A DNA stretch of 64,000 nucleotides from an uncultured Candidatus Saccharibacteria bacterium (GTDB taxonomy: Bacteria > Patescibacteriota > Minisyncoccia > Phycocordibacterales > GWA1-40-21). Below are positions 27,256 through 37,700 of the stretch, piece after piece; position 1 is the first letter of the stretch; the number at the start of each line of letters is the position of its first letter. Both the position numbers and the translations under genes were made by a program. Below the pieces are notes generated by a model. That model was not told where the DNA came from, did no database searches, and saw only the letters and a program-made list of their open reading frames with translations. Where the stretch lies: NCBI GenBank assembly GCA_964539415.1, contig CAZIID010000001.1, positions 11,979 through 75,978 on the forward strand. The letters are read 5' to 3'.

Positions 27256-28593
27256 ATGTCTGACAATAAAACACTTTGGGAAAATGTCTTAACGCAAATG
27301 GAGCTTTCTATGTCGAAGGCGAATTTTAGTATGTGGTTTAAAGATACATATGTTCAAAAACAAGATGATGGAACAGTTTTTTTAGCTGTACCAAACGTTT
27401 TTGTAAAAGATTGGCTAATAAACAAATACCACAAAGATATATTAAAAAATCTCAGAGAGTTTGGTGAGCATATTAGAGCTGTAGAATACATAGTAGCCAA
27501 AGATGAGAGTAAGAAGCCTCAAATGGTTGTAAATAACTGTACACACACAGAACTTCCTTTAAATGACTTCTACATAAACAAGGAAGACAATCTCAATCCT
27601 AAGTACACATTTGATACTTTTGTTGTTGGCCCATTCAACGAACTTGCACACGCAGCATCTCAAGCAATATTAAAAAAGATTGTTATTTATAATCCATTTT
27701 TCGTTTATGGAAGCACTGGTCACGGAAAAACACACCTTATACAGGCACTTGGCAATCATTTTAAAAATACAGACTCAAATAAAAAGATCTTTTATATGAC
27801 CTCAGAAAAGTTTGTTAATGATTATCTAAATTCATTAAGTAATGGAACAATAAATGCTTTTAAAGAAAAATACAGAAAATATGATGTTTTAATCATAGAC
27901 GATATTCAATTCCTATCAAAGAAAGATAAGTCACAAGAAGAATTCTTCCATTTATTCAATAGCTTCCACGAAAACGGCAAGCAACTAATCTTCTCATCTG
28001 ATAAGCACCCAAACTTTATTCCTGACATTGAAGACAGAATTAAATCTAGATTTAATGCTGGTATGATAGTAGAAATTCAAAAACCAGATTTTGAATCAAG
28101 AATTCAGATATTTAAAAAGAAATCTGCAATGATAAATCTAGTTATTTCAAATGAAGTGATTGAATACTTGGCTTCTTCTGTAGAGGGGAACATAAGAGAG
28201 CTTGAAGGAATACTCAATATAATAATGTGTCAGACACAACTCAAACAAAGAGATCTAAACATTACAGAAATAAAGGAATTGTTAAAAAACAGTGGAAAAC
28301 CAAAGAAAACATTTTCAATTAAAGAAATAATAAAAACAATTGCTGATTTTTACGCAATTGAAGAGGATGAAATATACGAAAAAGGAAGAAAAAAGGAAGT
28401 TATAAAACCAAGACAGGTTATTATGTATATTCTTAGAGAAGATTTTGATATTTCTTTCCCATCTATCGGAGAAAAGGTAGGTAATAGAGATCACTCCACA
28501 GTTATTCACTCTTACGAGAAGATAAAAAATGATATGAAAGTAGACAATAATTTATTACAGGAGATAACACAAATAAGATCAATGTTGAAATAG
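27256..28593 (+). CDS. dnaA: Chromosomal replication initiator protein DnaA
   Basis: AAA+ Walker A GSTGHGKTHL, and the C-terminal DnaA-box-binding domain with the DnaA signature. Confidence 0.9.
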   Translation: MSDNKTLWENVLTQMELSMSKANFSMWFKDTYVQKQDDGTVFLAVPNVFVKDWLINKYHKDILKNLREFGEHIRAVEYIVAKDESKKPQMVVNNCTHTELPLNDFYINKEDNLNPKYTFDTFVVGPFNELAHAASQAILKKIVIYNPFFVYGSTGHGKTHLIQALGNHFKNTDSNKKIFYMTSEKFVNDYLNSLSNGTINAFKEKYRKYDVLIIDDIQFLSKKDKSQEEFFHLFNSFHENGKQLIFSSDKHPNFIPDIEDRIKSRFNAGMIVEIQKPDFESRIQIFKKKSAMINLVISNEVIEYLASSVEGNIRELEGILNIIMCQTQLKQRDLNITEIKELLKNSGKPKKTFSIKEIIKTIADFYAIEEDEIYEKGRKKEVIKPRQVIMYILREDFDISFPSIGEKVGNRDHSTVIHSYEKIKNDMKVDNNLLQEITQIRSMLK

Positions 28594-28808
28594 TATAGAT
28601 AACTTGTGGATAATCAAAAAATAACCTGTTAATAATATATTGATAAATAAACAGATAATTTTAAACAGTTAGTTATAAACAAAAATATAAACATAGAAAA
28701 AATATAAAAAAATATTTTATGCTTATAAAATAAGGATTAAATAGTTATAAACATATACACACATATAATATTAATAATAGGTTTTTAATAGAAAATAAAT
28801 AAAATACT
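28594..28808. promoter_or_regulatory. Candidate oriC: AT-rich dnaA-dnaN spacer with a perfect DnaA box TGTGGATAA (28605-28613) and several degenerate boxes (TATAGATAA, TTATAAACA x2, TGATAAATA)
   Basis: DnaA boxes seen directly in the sequence. Gene orientation switches across the rpmH/dnaA divergence. Confidence 0.55.
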
Positions 28809-29909
28809 ATGAAATTAGAATCTGTAAAAGATAAATTGAATGTAGCAGTCTCAAAGGCAGGGAGAATAACAAGTAAAAATCTTACATTACCTGTACTTTC
28901 TTGTTTACTTTTAGAGACAAATAAAAATTTTCTAAAGATAAAAGCCACTAACTTAGATTTAGGAGTTGAAATAATGATACCGGTCAAAACAGAGATTGAA
29001 GGTGTTGTAGCAGTTCCTGCACAAGTTATAAACAATTTTTTAAATAATTTAGAGGAAGATAAAAGTGTTTTTATAGAAAAGAAAGAAAATACACTAGAAA
29101 TAAGATCAGAAAGTAGTGTTGCAGAAATAAAGACATTTCCTATAGATGATTTTCCAACAATCCCTTCTGTTGATAATGGTAAAACATTTAAAATACAAGC
29201 TAAGGACTTTTTAAAGGGAATAAGAGCTGTTATCTATAGTTCTTCAACATCAACTGTTAAACCTGAACTTTCAAGTGTCTATATATACTCAGAAGAAGAA
29301 TATCTTGTTTTTGTTGCCACAGATTCTTTCCGTCTTGCAGAGAAAAAAGTTAAAATTAAAAAAACAGCTGATTTTGGAGGAATATTGCTACCTTATAAAA
29401 ATGCCTCAGATATTATTAAACTTTTTGAAGATATAGATGATGAACTTGAAATAAAAGTTTCAAAAAACCAACTTTCTGTTTTTTATAGTGGTTTGTATGT
29501 TGTGTCACGCGTTATTGATGGGGTGTTTCCAGATTACAAACAAATAATTCCAAAAGAAACAAAAACTCAGGTTATTGTTTTGAAACAAGATATTATAAAT
29601 TCTCTTAAATTATCAAATATTTTTTCTGATAGCTTTAATCAGATAAATTTAAAAGTTTTACCAAGTAAAAGAATTTTTCAAGCAAAAACAAAAAATCTAG
29701 ATGTTGGAGAAAATATAAATCAGATAGAGGCAACAACAGAAGGGGAGGATATAGAAATAAACTTTAATCATAGATATATTACAGATTGTCTTTCTTCTAT
29801 AGACTCTGATAGTGTATTTTTAACTTTTAATGGTATGGCTAAGCCACTTGTAATAAAAGGTGTATCTGATAAGAGTTTTACGTATTTGGTGATGCCGATG
29901 AATAGGTGA
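28809..29909 (+). CDS. dnaN: DNA polymerase III beta sliding clamp
   Basis: Three-domain beta-clamp-like sequence located directly after dnaA. Confidence 0.85.
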   Translation: MKLESVKDKLNVAVSKAGRITSKNLTLPVLSCLLLETNKNFLKIKATNLDLGVEIMIPVKTEIEGVVAVPAQVINNFLNNLEEDKSVFIEKKENTLEIRSESSVAEIKTFPIDDFPTIPSVDNGKTFKIQAKDFLKGIRAVIYSSSTSTVKPELSSVYIYSEEEYLVFVATDSFRLAEKKVKIKKTADFGGILLPYKNASDIIKLFEDIDDELEIKVSKNQLSVFYSGLYVVSRVIDGVFPDYKQIIPKETKTQVIVLKQDIINSLKLSNIFSDSFNQINLKVLPSKRIFQAKTKNLDVGENINQIEATTEGEDIEINFNHRYITDCLSSIDSDSVFLTFNGMAKPLVIKGVSDKSFTYLVMPMNR

Positions 29910-29928
29910 TTATTCTCTGTGTCATTCC

Positions 29929-29995
29929 CGCGAAGGCGGGAATCCAGGTTTAATCTAATATAGTCCTGGATCCCAGATCGAGTCTGGGATGACAG
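29929..29995. mobile_element. Miniature inverted-repeat element with TGTCATTCCC / GGGATGACA-like ends
   Basis: TGTCATTCCCGCGAAGGCGGGAATCCAGG...CCTGGATCCCAGATCGAGTCTGGGATGACAG. Its reverse complement matches 47936-48043, which carries an extra nested 40-bp insert. Confidence 0.65.
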
Positions 29996-30064
29996 AAAAA
30001 ACAAAAAGGATTTTCAAGATAAAAAATTGTTCCATTAAGTTTTTATTTTATTTACACTGTTTTT

Positions 30065-30319
30065 ATGTTTAATATATCTAACTACTTAGAAAAATTTAAA
30101 ACACTTTATTCGAATAATCTTTATTTAAAAGATACGATTGTTAAAGTTGTAAAAGAAATAACAGGTATTGAAGTTGATAAAGAAAAAATTAACTACAAAA
30201 ATGGTATTTTAATACTTAATCTAAAACCAATTCAGAAAAGCGAACTTTTTCTGAAAAAAAGTTCGCTTTTAAAGAAGTTTGATGAAGTGATGCCCAACAA
30301 AATAATAGACTTAAGGTGA
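30065..30319 (+). CDS. DUF721 / DciA-like small protein
   Basis: 84 aa with IVKVVKEITGIEVDKEKINYKNGILILNLKPIQKSELFL, matching the DUF721 pattern (G..A..T.P....G.L.I.V.S..W..EL). Located next to dnaN. Confidence 0.5.
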   Translation: MFNISNYLEKFKTLYSNNLYLKDTIVKVVKEITGIEVDKEKINYKNGILILNLKPIQKSELFLKKSSLLKKFDEVMPNKIIDLR

Positions 30320-32824
30320 TTAATTAACCTTAAAGTTTATGGAACTTTCGTTTTTATTAAACAATCCATCAAATCCAACGACTCTTATTATGTTTTCTTG
30401 TTTGAGATTGTCTGTTTGGCTTGGAATAAAAGATATAGAGTATGGGGCATTGTATGCTGAACCTATAAAATTATCATTAAGATAGAAATCCGCTTTCAAA
30501 GGGAAGCTTGTGTTTAGTATTTGTGCGGAGACTGTAATTTTTTGATCTTTATCATAAGAGACACCATTTGCTGGGGAAGTAATAATTATATTTGGTCTAG
30601 TAGCTGATGTGTGAACAGAGTCAGTTCCAGACGGCTTAATATTTGCCGGTATATTTTGTGTTCTTAACCATTCTTGAACAGAGAATTCCCAAGATGCAAA
30701 TTGTGAATCGTTCTCAGGGTTTGTTGGAACTGGGCCTGTTGGATTATTTTTGTCTACCCAATAAAGTATTGAATGTGGATTTACTACAGATTTTTCTTCT
30801 CTTGTTTCACTTGGAGTATATTCTGTCGCAAGTAGTCCTGATATTTTATCTACGATATAAGTTTCATTACCTTGCCAGAAACCTCTAAGCACAGGTTTTA
30901 AGTCTTTACTTATTTCGGAGGGTTTTTTAAATGGGTTACTTGGGTATACGGAAAAAGTTTGTTTAATGAATTCATTCCAAAGAGGGGAGACGATATAACC
31001 AGCAACTTTTTTATCCATAGGAGTGTTGTCGTTATTTCCAACCCATGCACCAACAACAAGATCTGGTGTATAACCAACGATCCAAGCATCTTTGTAGTCG
31101 TTTGTTGTTCCTGTTTTCACTGCTACTTGTCTATCTGAAAAATATAGAGATGAGTGAGCTCCAAACACAGGTGCTCTAGCTGCGTCGTCTGAAAGAACAT
31201 CAGAAATCGTAAGGGCAATATCTTCAGGTAAAACTGAGTTTTCTTTTTGTTCAAATTTTTCAATTACCTTACCGCTTGAATCTTCGATAGAGAGAATGCT
31301 TGCATAAGGGTTTCTTGCTCCACTGTTTGCAAAAACTCCATAAGCGCTCGTCATATCAAGTAGAGAAACTTCTCCACCTCCAAGAACGAGTGTTAAACCA
31401 TAAGTGTCTGCATTTGAAAGTGTGGTTATTCCCATAGACTTTGCTGTTTGCAGAGAATCTTTAATACCAGCAAGGTATAGTAATTTAACAGAAGGCACGT
31501 TCCTTGACTGTGCTAGGGCGCTTCTAAGGGATATTGGGCCAACGTATGTGCCTGTATAATTTACAGGAGCATAACAAGTTGAAGATCTATTGTTTCCAGG
31601 AAGAGTTATTGGACCTATTGGGCTACAACTTGAGTTGAATTCTGTTGGTAAATCAAAAAGTACAGTATCTGGAGTGTATCCTTTTTCAAAAGCTGTCGCA
31701 TAGACAAAAGGTTTGAATGTTGATCCTGGTTGTCTTTCTGCGATTGCGATATTAAAGTTTCCATCTATTTCTGCATCAAAATAATCACGAGATCCTACCA
31801 TTACCAAAATTTGTCCAGTTTTTGGATCGATAGCAACAAGGGAAGCGTTCTCAGCGTTATAAGCCTTGCTGTTTTCTAAGGCTTTTCTTTTTACAATTTC
31901 CTCAGCTTTTTGCTGGAGATTGTAGTCTAGAGTTGTTATAACTTTGTATCCATTTTCCTCTACCGCTCTTTCGCCATATTTTTCTATCAAATACTGCCTT
32001 ACAAATTCCACAAAATGCGGAGCGGAGATACCATATTTTTCTTTTGGTTTGAATTCAATTACTTCTTTTTTTGCAGCGTCGTATTCATCTTTGGTAATAA
32101 AATTCTTTTCTAACATTTTCTGTAGAACAAGATTTTTTCTATTATCCAAAGCTTGTTTATTGTTGCCATAAGGTGAGAAAAAAGTCGGAGCCTGAGGTAT
32201 TGCTGCAAGATAAGCGGATTCTGCGATGGACAGATCATCAGAGCTTTTTCCAAAGAAAGCTTTACTTGCTTCTTCTACTCCATACAAGTTTCCTCCATAA
32301 GGTGTTTCATTTAAATAGAGAGATAAGATTTCTTCTTTTGAAATTGTTCTTTCAATTTTTAATGATAAATATATTTCTTTGAGTTTTCTTGAGATTGTTT
32401 TGTCTTGCGTTAGTAAAGAATTTTTTACAACTTGCTGAGTGATTGTCGAACCTCCTTGTCCGTAGCTTCCACTAGAAAAGTTGGCAAGAGTAGCTCTTAT
32501 GAGAGATGTTATTTTTATACCGTGGTGTTCATAAAAATCTGCGTCTTCAATGGCAACGGCGGCGTTTTTAATATTCTTTGAAATTGTTTCAAAGGGGACA
32601 ACTGTTCTTTTTATGTCTTGGTGAATATTATAGAGCAGGATTTTCCCAGTTCTATCGTATATTTTTGTAGATTGTGAGACTTTTCTGTCCTCAAAAGATG
32701 AAAGATCCGGTAGTTTGAATGTTGAAACCCACATTGCTGTAGCGCCTAAAACCAATAGCACACAAATTATAGCTAAAATAAACAGTTTCTTATATAATTT
32801 TTTTATTTTCGTCTTTGTTTTCAT
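30320..32824 (-). CDS. Class A penicillin-binding protein (glycosyltransferase + transpeptidase) with C-terminal Ig-like extensions
   Basis: GT51 motifs (EDADFYEHHGI, GGSTITQQ). Transpeptidase motifs STFKP, SRN and KTGT. Confidence 0.85.
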   Translation of the reverse strand: MKTKTKIKKLYKKLFILAIICVLLVLGATAMWVSTFKLPDLSSFEDRKVSQSTKIYDRTGKILLYNIHQDIKRTVVPFETISKNIKNAAVAIEDADFYEHHGIKITSLIRATLANFSSGSYGQGGSTITQQVVKNSLLTQDKTISRKLKEIYLSLKIERTISKEEILSLYLNETPYGGNLYGVEEASKAFFGKSSDDLSIAESAYLAAIPQAPTFFSPYGNNKQALDNRKNLVLQKMLEKNFITKDEYDAAKKEVIEFKPKEKYGISAPHFVEFVRQYLIEKYGERAVEENGYKVITTLDYNLQQKAEEIVKRKALENSKAYNAENASLVAIDPKTGQILVMVGSRDYFDAEIDGNFNIAIAERQPGSTFKPFVYATAFEKGYTPDTVLFDLPTEFNSSCSPIGPITLPGNNRSSTCYAPVNYTGTYVGPISLRSALAQSRNVPSVKLLYLAGIKDSLQTAKSMGITTLSNADTYGLTLVLGGGEVSLLDMTSAYGVFANSGARNPYASILSIEDSSGKVIEKFEQKENSVLPEDIALTISDVLSDDAARAPVFGAHSSLYFSDRQVAVKTGTTNDYKDAWIVGYTPDLVVGAWVGNNDNTPMDKKVAGYIVSPLWNEFIKQTFSVYPSNPFKKPSEISKDLKPVLRGFWQGNETYIVDKISGLLATEYTPSETREEKSVVNPHSILYWVDKNNPTGPVPTNPENDSQFASWEFSVQEWLRTQNIPANIKPSGTDSVHTSATRPNIIITSPANGVSYDKDQKITVSAQILNTSFPLKADFYLNDNFIGSAYNAPYSISFIPSQTDNLKQENIIRVVGFDGLFNKNESSINFKVN

Positions 32825-32863
32825 GACATTTAAAAGTATAGCATTTTGTGGTAAATTTTATAG

Positions 32864-33346
32864 ATGAAGATAATTTCAATTGATCCAGGGTACGAAAGAG
32901 TAGGGGTAGCGATTATAGAAAAAACAGGGTCAAAGGAAGAACTTATTTTTTCTGATTGTATACAAACATCTGCAAAGATTGAACATTCAAAAAGACTTCT
33001 TGCAGTTGGACAGGAAGTGGCTTCTCTTATAGAGAAATATCAGCCATCTGTTTTGGCAACTGAAAGTTTGTTTTTTAAAAATAATCAAAAGACTGCGATG
33101 AAAGTTTCTGAGGCAAGAGGGGTTGTAATTTATGAGGCACAAAAAGCTGGATTGAAGATTTTTGAATACACACCACTGCAAATAAAGATTGCGACTACTG
33201 GTTATGGTAAGAGTGAAAAGAATCAGGTTATGGAAATGGTAAAACGTCTTATCAAAATAAATAAAACTATTAAATATGATGATGAGTATGACGCTATCGC
33301 TGTCGGTTTAACTTTTTTTGCTACGGATTCAAATAGGGTTAAGTAA
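32864..33346 (+). CDS. ruvC: Crossover junction endodeoxyribonuclease RuvC
   Basis: MKIISIDPGYERVGVAI N-terminus and the conserved catalytic acidic residues of RuvC. Confidence 0.8.
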   Translation: MKIISIDPGYERVGVAIIEKTGSKEELIFSDCIQTSAKIEHSKRLLAVGQEVASLIEKYQPSVLATESLFFKNNQKTAMKVSEARGVVIYEAQKAGLKIFEYTPLQIKIATTGYGKSEKNQVMEMVKRLIKINKTIKYDDEYDAIAVGLTFFATDSNRVK

Positions 33347-33347
33347 C

Positions 33348-33377
33348 AAAAAACTCGCTTGAGTGCGAGTTTTTTTG
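33348..33377. terminator. Rho-independent terminator (CTCGC-TTGAGTG-CGAG with a T-run)
   Basis: Seen directly in the sequence. Confidence 0.65.
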
Positions 33378-33382
33378 TTTTT

Positions 33383-33577
33383 TTAAAAGTTGTCTAAACC
33401 GTCTGTACTCATCATACCTAGAAAATCATCTTCCTCGTCCTCTTCTTCAAGAGTCTCTTCTTCATCAACTCCAATCTCTTCATCAAAAGCTTCTAAAACA
33501 TCATCGGAGATAGGGCCTTTTGCCTTTTCTTCTCCTCCTTCTTCACCGTCTTTTAAATCTTTATCGTCGTCACTCAT
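33383..33577 (-). CDS. Small highly acidic hypothetical protein (64 aa, D/E-rich)
   Basis: ATG start, bounded by terminators on both sides. No homology recognised. Confidence 0.3.
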   Translation of the reverse strand: MSDDDKDLKDGEEGGEEKAKGPISDDVLEAFDEEIGVDEEETLEEEDEEDDFLGMMSTDGLDNF

Positions 33578-33782
33578 TTTATTATTAATAATTATTTTTA
33601 ATTTTATGCTTTTGAAAGCATTTTTATATATTGTCTAAAATTTTAGAATAAATGCAAATGTTTTAAACTGTGGATAAGTCCAACCTCTTTTTTCTTATAA
33701 CTTATATCAAAATTCTTACACTTTTCTTATATGCTAAACTGAGTTTGCCATCATAAACTAAATAAAATAACTGTCAAGCATA

Positions 33783-33817
33783 AAAACAACCTATATTTTT
33801 TATAGGTTGTTTTTTTG
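33783..33817. terminator. Rho-independent terminator (AACAACCTATA-TTTTT-TATAGGTTGTT)
   Basis: Seen directly in the sequence, downstream of the YebC-family gene on the minus strand. Confidence 0.65.
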
Positions 33818-33857
33818 TCTTTCTTTGGACTTTAGACTTTAGGCTTTTGACTAATTT

Positions 33858-34388
33858 TTATTCTGCATTCGTATAAACTTCCTGTACATCCTCGTTGTTT
33901 TCTAAATCCTCAATAAGCTTTTCTAGTTTTGGACTATCTTCTTCAGTGACAGCCACAGTGCTTTTTGGTATCCATCCTTCGTTTGTTTTTTCAAATGCCC
34001 ATGAAGCACTTCCAGGGGAGGCAAGAGAAGTGCCATTTTCAGACAAAATATGTTTAATTTCTCCTGCCGCTCTGTTCCTGCTATCTGTAAGAACTTCAAC
34101 CATAATAGCACAACCTCCTGGCCCATAAGCTTCGTAGACTATAGACTCCATTTCTTTTGCATCAGCACTTGTCGCTTTTTTGATGGCTCTCTCTATTGTG
34201 TCGTTTGGCATATCATAAGATCTTGCTTTTTCTATTGCGGCCCTTAGTCCTGGAGAGTTTGTGTCACCGTTGGCTTTTTTTGCTTCAGTTTGAATAAGCT
34301 TTCCGAGTTTAGTAAAAGCTGAGCCTTTTTGGGTATCATTTTTTGCTTTTAATCTTTTTATTTTTGAAAATTTGTTATGTCCTGACAT
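33858..34388 (-). CDS. YebC/PmpR family DNA-binding regulator (short, 176 aa)
   Basis: N-terminus MSGHNKFSKIKRLKAKNDTQKGSAFTKLGKLI is the YebC signature. Confidence 0.7.
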   Translation of the reverse strand: MSGHNKFSKIKRLKAKNDTQKGSAFTKLGKLIQTEAKKANGDTNSPGLRAAIEKARSYDMPNDTIERAIKKATSADAKEMESIVYEAYGPGGCAIMVEVLTDSRNRAAGEIKHILSENGTSLASPGSASWAFEKTNEGWIPKSTVAVTEEDSPKLEKLIEDLENNEDVQEVYTNAE

Positions 34389-34787
34389 GGTAGATTTTTT
34401 TAATGAGTAAAACGAATTTAAAAAATCACCACCCTGTGAAATGCCAGGCTCTTGCCGGCATATTTCACTGGGGTCGGATTTCTTATCCCCACTATACTAC
34501 TTTGAAAATTATTTTTCAATAAAAAACCCTCCCCAGCCAATCTTAGGATAATCGCATTAAAAATAAGGCGACTGGCTGGGGAGGTAGAAAGTGTGGAGTC
34601 ACAAATGTAGACAATTAATGTCAAAGCGTTATCTTAAAAGGTACGCCACCTTGTTTTGCATGCCATAGCTATCCAAACTTTTCAAATCTCAAAAGAACTG
34701 TGTTCATATAATATCAAACCAAGGGAAACAGGCAAGATGGAAAGTGGATAACTTTTTTTAAAAACACTTTATGATATAATTTATAGT

Positions 34788-37700
34788 ATGATGAGCAAAA
34801 AATTCTTTCTTTATTTCATTTTTTTTCTAGTTTTACCTCTTACAACTGCTTTAACGACAAACGCTAGCACTCTTTATTTTAAGGATATTAGTGAAACCCC
34901 TGATTTTGCTTGGGATACGGTTGCAAATTGGTGGACTGATGCAGAGGCAACAATACCCGCTGCAGCCTTACCGTTAAATGGTGACGTTGTTAATATTGAA
35001 AGCAATTTAACTGCTGGCCCATCTATCCCTGTAAGTTTGAGCGTAATAGTGGTAAATAATGTTCTTTACGACGTTGTTTTCACAGGGGCTTCCGGCCCTG
35101 CTATCTTTAATGGTGCCTGTGGTAACGCTGGAACCGTTGATGGTAATGCCGAATTTAATAATGGTAGTAATAATTATGGCACTGTTACGGGGGATGCAAT
35201 TTTTAGTGCAGAATCAAAGAATAATAATGCGGCTCTAGTACAAGGGAATGCAATCTTTTGGGGGACATCGAAAAACCAAGGAACTGTAACTGGGTATGCT
35301 ACTTTTTTTGACTCGTCAATAAACGATCTAGGATCAGTCGGTGGAACCGGAACTTTCAATAATAGTTCAAGTAACAACGGAACAGTGATAGGCGCTGCTT
35401 ATTTTTATGGTAGCTCTATAAGTGAACAGGGGAGTTACTCCGCTGATGTAAATTTTTATGATAGTTCCTATAATAATGCTAGTACAATAACAAGTGCAAC
35501 TTTTAATGGAAGTTCGCGTAATGATATTAATGGAACAATTGGTACTGCTGTTTTTAATGACACGTCTATTAATAATGGAAGTATTAGCATATTAGCAACT
35601 TTCAATGGTAATTCATTAAACACCGGGACTGTTGCCTCGAGTGATTTTTATGGTAGTTCATATAATGATTATAGTGGAAATGTCACTACTGCTACATTCA
35701 ATAACACATCTTTTAATAATTATGGAACAGTTGGCACTGCAATTTTTAATGATTCCTCATTTAACGATGGGTCAGTATCTACTGCTACATTTAATAGTAC
35801 ATCATACAATAATAATGGGACTGTTGAGAATGCGACTTTTAGTGGTCAAGCATATAACGCCGGCACTGTCACCTTTTCTTATGGCACAATGTTTAGAAAT
35901 GATGCTGCAGTTACTACAAATAATGGGACAATTACGACAAACATTGGTTCGATTTCCGGAAATGATGGCACGGTCACTACTAACTCGGGAACAATTGGAG
36001 CACAAAATAATATCGTGGAGACAAACAATGGGACAATTGAAAGTAATAATAATTTTGGTTTTATTACTACAAATAATGGAACTGTCACTATAAACAGTGG
36101 ATCAGTTACGACAAATAGTAATACAGGATCTATACCGGAGATTATTGGAGTGGTAGAAACAAATAATGGTTCAATAGGTCAAACATATAATGGATCTTCG
36201 GTGACTGACAACTATGGAACTGTTTCAAATAATAATGGTGGAACTATAACAAACAATTATGGCACTGTTACAGACAATAGTACTGGAAGTGTCTCAAATA
36301 ACTACGGAACCATAGTCTTAAATGGAAATATAGTAAGTACTAATATGGAGACTGGTATAATTCAAACCAATAGTGCTGGTTCAATATCAGACAATATCGC
36401 TGGTGGCGTTGTTGGTACCAACGACGGATATATATATGGAGGTATATATACAACTTTTGTAGTTAATGATAATGGATATATTGAAGGCGGTTCCTTCTGC
36501 CAATCCCAAGCTGAAACAGGTGGCACCATCAACGCAGGCACCTTCAGCATCTCTAACTCACGCTGTTACAACGCAGCTCCAGGTATATCCATCTCCCCCA
36601 CAAATCTTTCAGTCCTAAATTCTTGGACTCCAGGTCTCTCTTTCGCAACATCAACATCATGTAGCTACAAGATAGACAGTGGTAATTATGTATCACTAAA
36701 CTGTGCATCTCCTTCAATACCTGCACCATCAAACTTTCCACACTTACTGACCATAGTAGCTGAAAACCAGTACAGAACAGCAACATCAACACTCTCTTTC
36801 ATCTACTCCACACTACTCGGCATCTTCACCGGCAGTCTCACCCCATACGCAGTGCCAGCACCTACATACCACACTCTCACAGACATATACAATGTAATCA
36901 TGTCAGGTACACCATCTACTGCAGGAAATCACACACTCTCAACATCACAAACGCCGAACGCAACAACAGGTCACTCAACAAGTGAGATATATGTAAGACT
37001 TGCAAACCTTATAGACGCATCAACTATCAAACCAGGAATCACTTACCTTGGTGTTACAGGAGGAGGAGAGACACCAGATCCAATTGATCTGCCAACATCA
37101 TCTCTTACACCAACAGGGACACCAAATGACAGAACAGGTTTTTCTCTTGAAGATATATACCAACTTGTAAAGAACAATGTCAGAGTCACCTCATCAACAC
37201 ACAGTACCTCAACTTCAGCACATCCTACAGCAACTACCACTCACTCAATTGAAGATGTTTATAGAACACTGACAGCTCTTGTACAGCCGGGGAATATATT
37301 ACTTGGAGATAGTTATTTGGGAGTGGAGGGGGCGTATGTCCCCATGGAAGGTCTAGCTATCCAATACAGGATGAATGATAATACAGCAAGCACTGTTGTT
37401 GTTGATACTTCTGATAATGCAATAAATGCATCTTCCTCACGAAACACTTCTTTGATACATACTGACTCTGGTAATCCGCCATCGCTAAACGGAGCATTTG
37501 CTTTTAATGGCACATCCGATGGAGTTACAGTTCTTGATTCTGCAACTTTTACTAATAATTTTACTATTGCTTTCTGGTATTACGCAGATAGTGATTCAAC
37601 TGGAACTAGAAGCCTATACTGGATTCATGTCCCTGGTTACAATAACTATTTCTCACAATTATCTATGGCACATAACTTAAATGTTTATGGATGGTCAAAT

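Noticed and set aside
34430-34590. SRP RNA, tmRNA or RNase P RNA in the yebC upstream hairpins
   Set aside because: There is no GGAAGCAGCC/GNRA domain-IV motif, no tRNA-like TTCGATTCC end, and no RNase P GGAAAGTCCGG or AGGGTGAAA motifs. The hairpins are kept only as an unidentified leader or sRNA candidate.
35632-36093. 153-aa and other 60-80-aa ORFs inside the two giant surface-protein genes and polA (for example 45934..46437 on the minus strand)
   Set aside because: They are alternative-frame or antisense ORFs within strongly supported long coding sequences and have low-complexity translations, so they are spurious.
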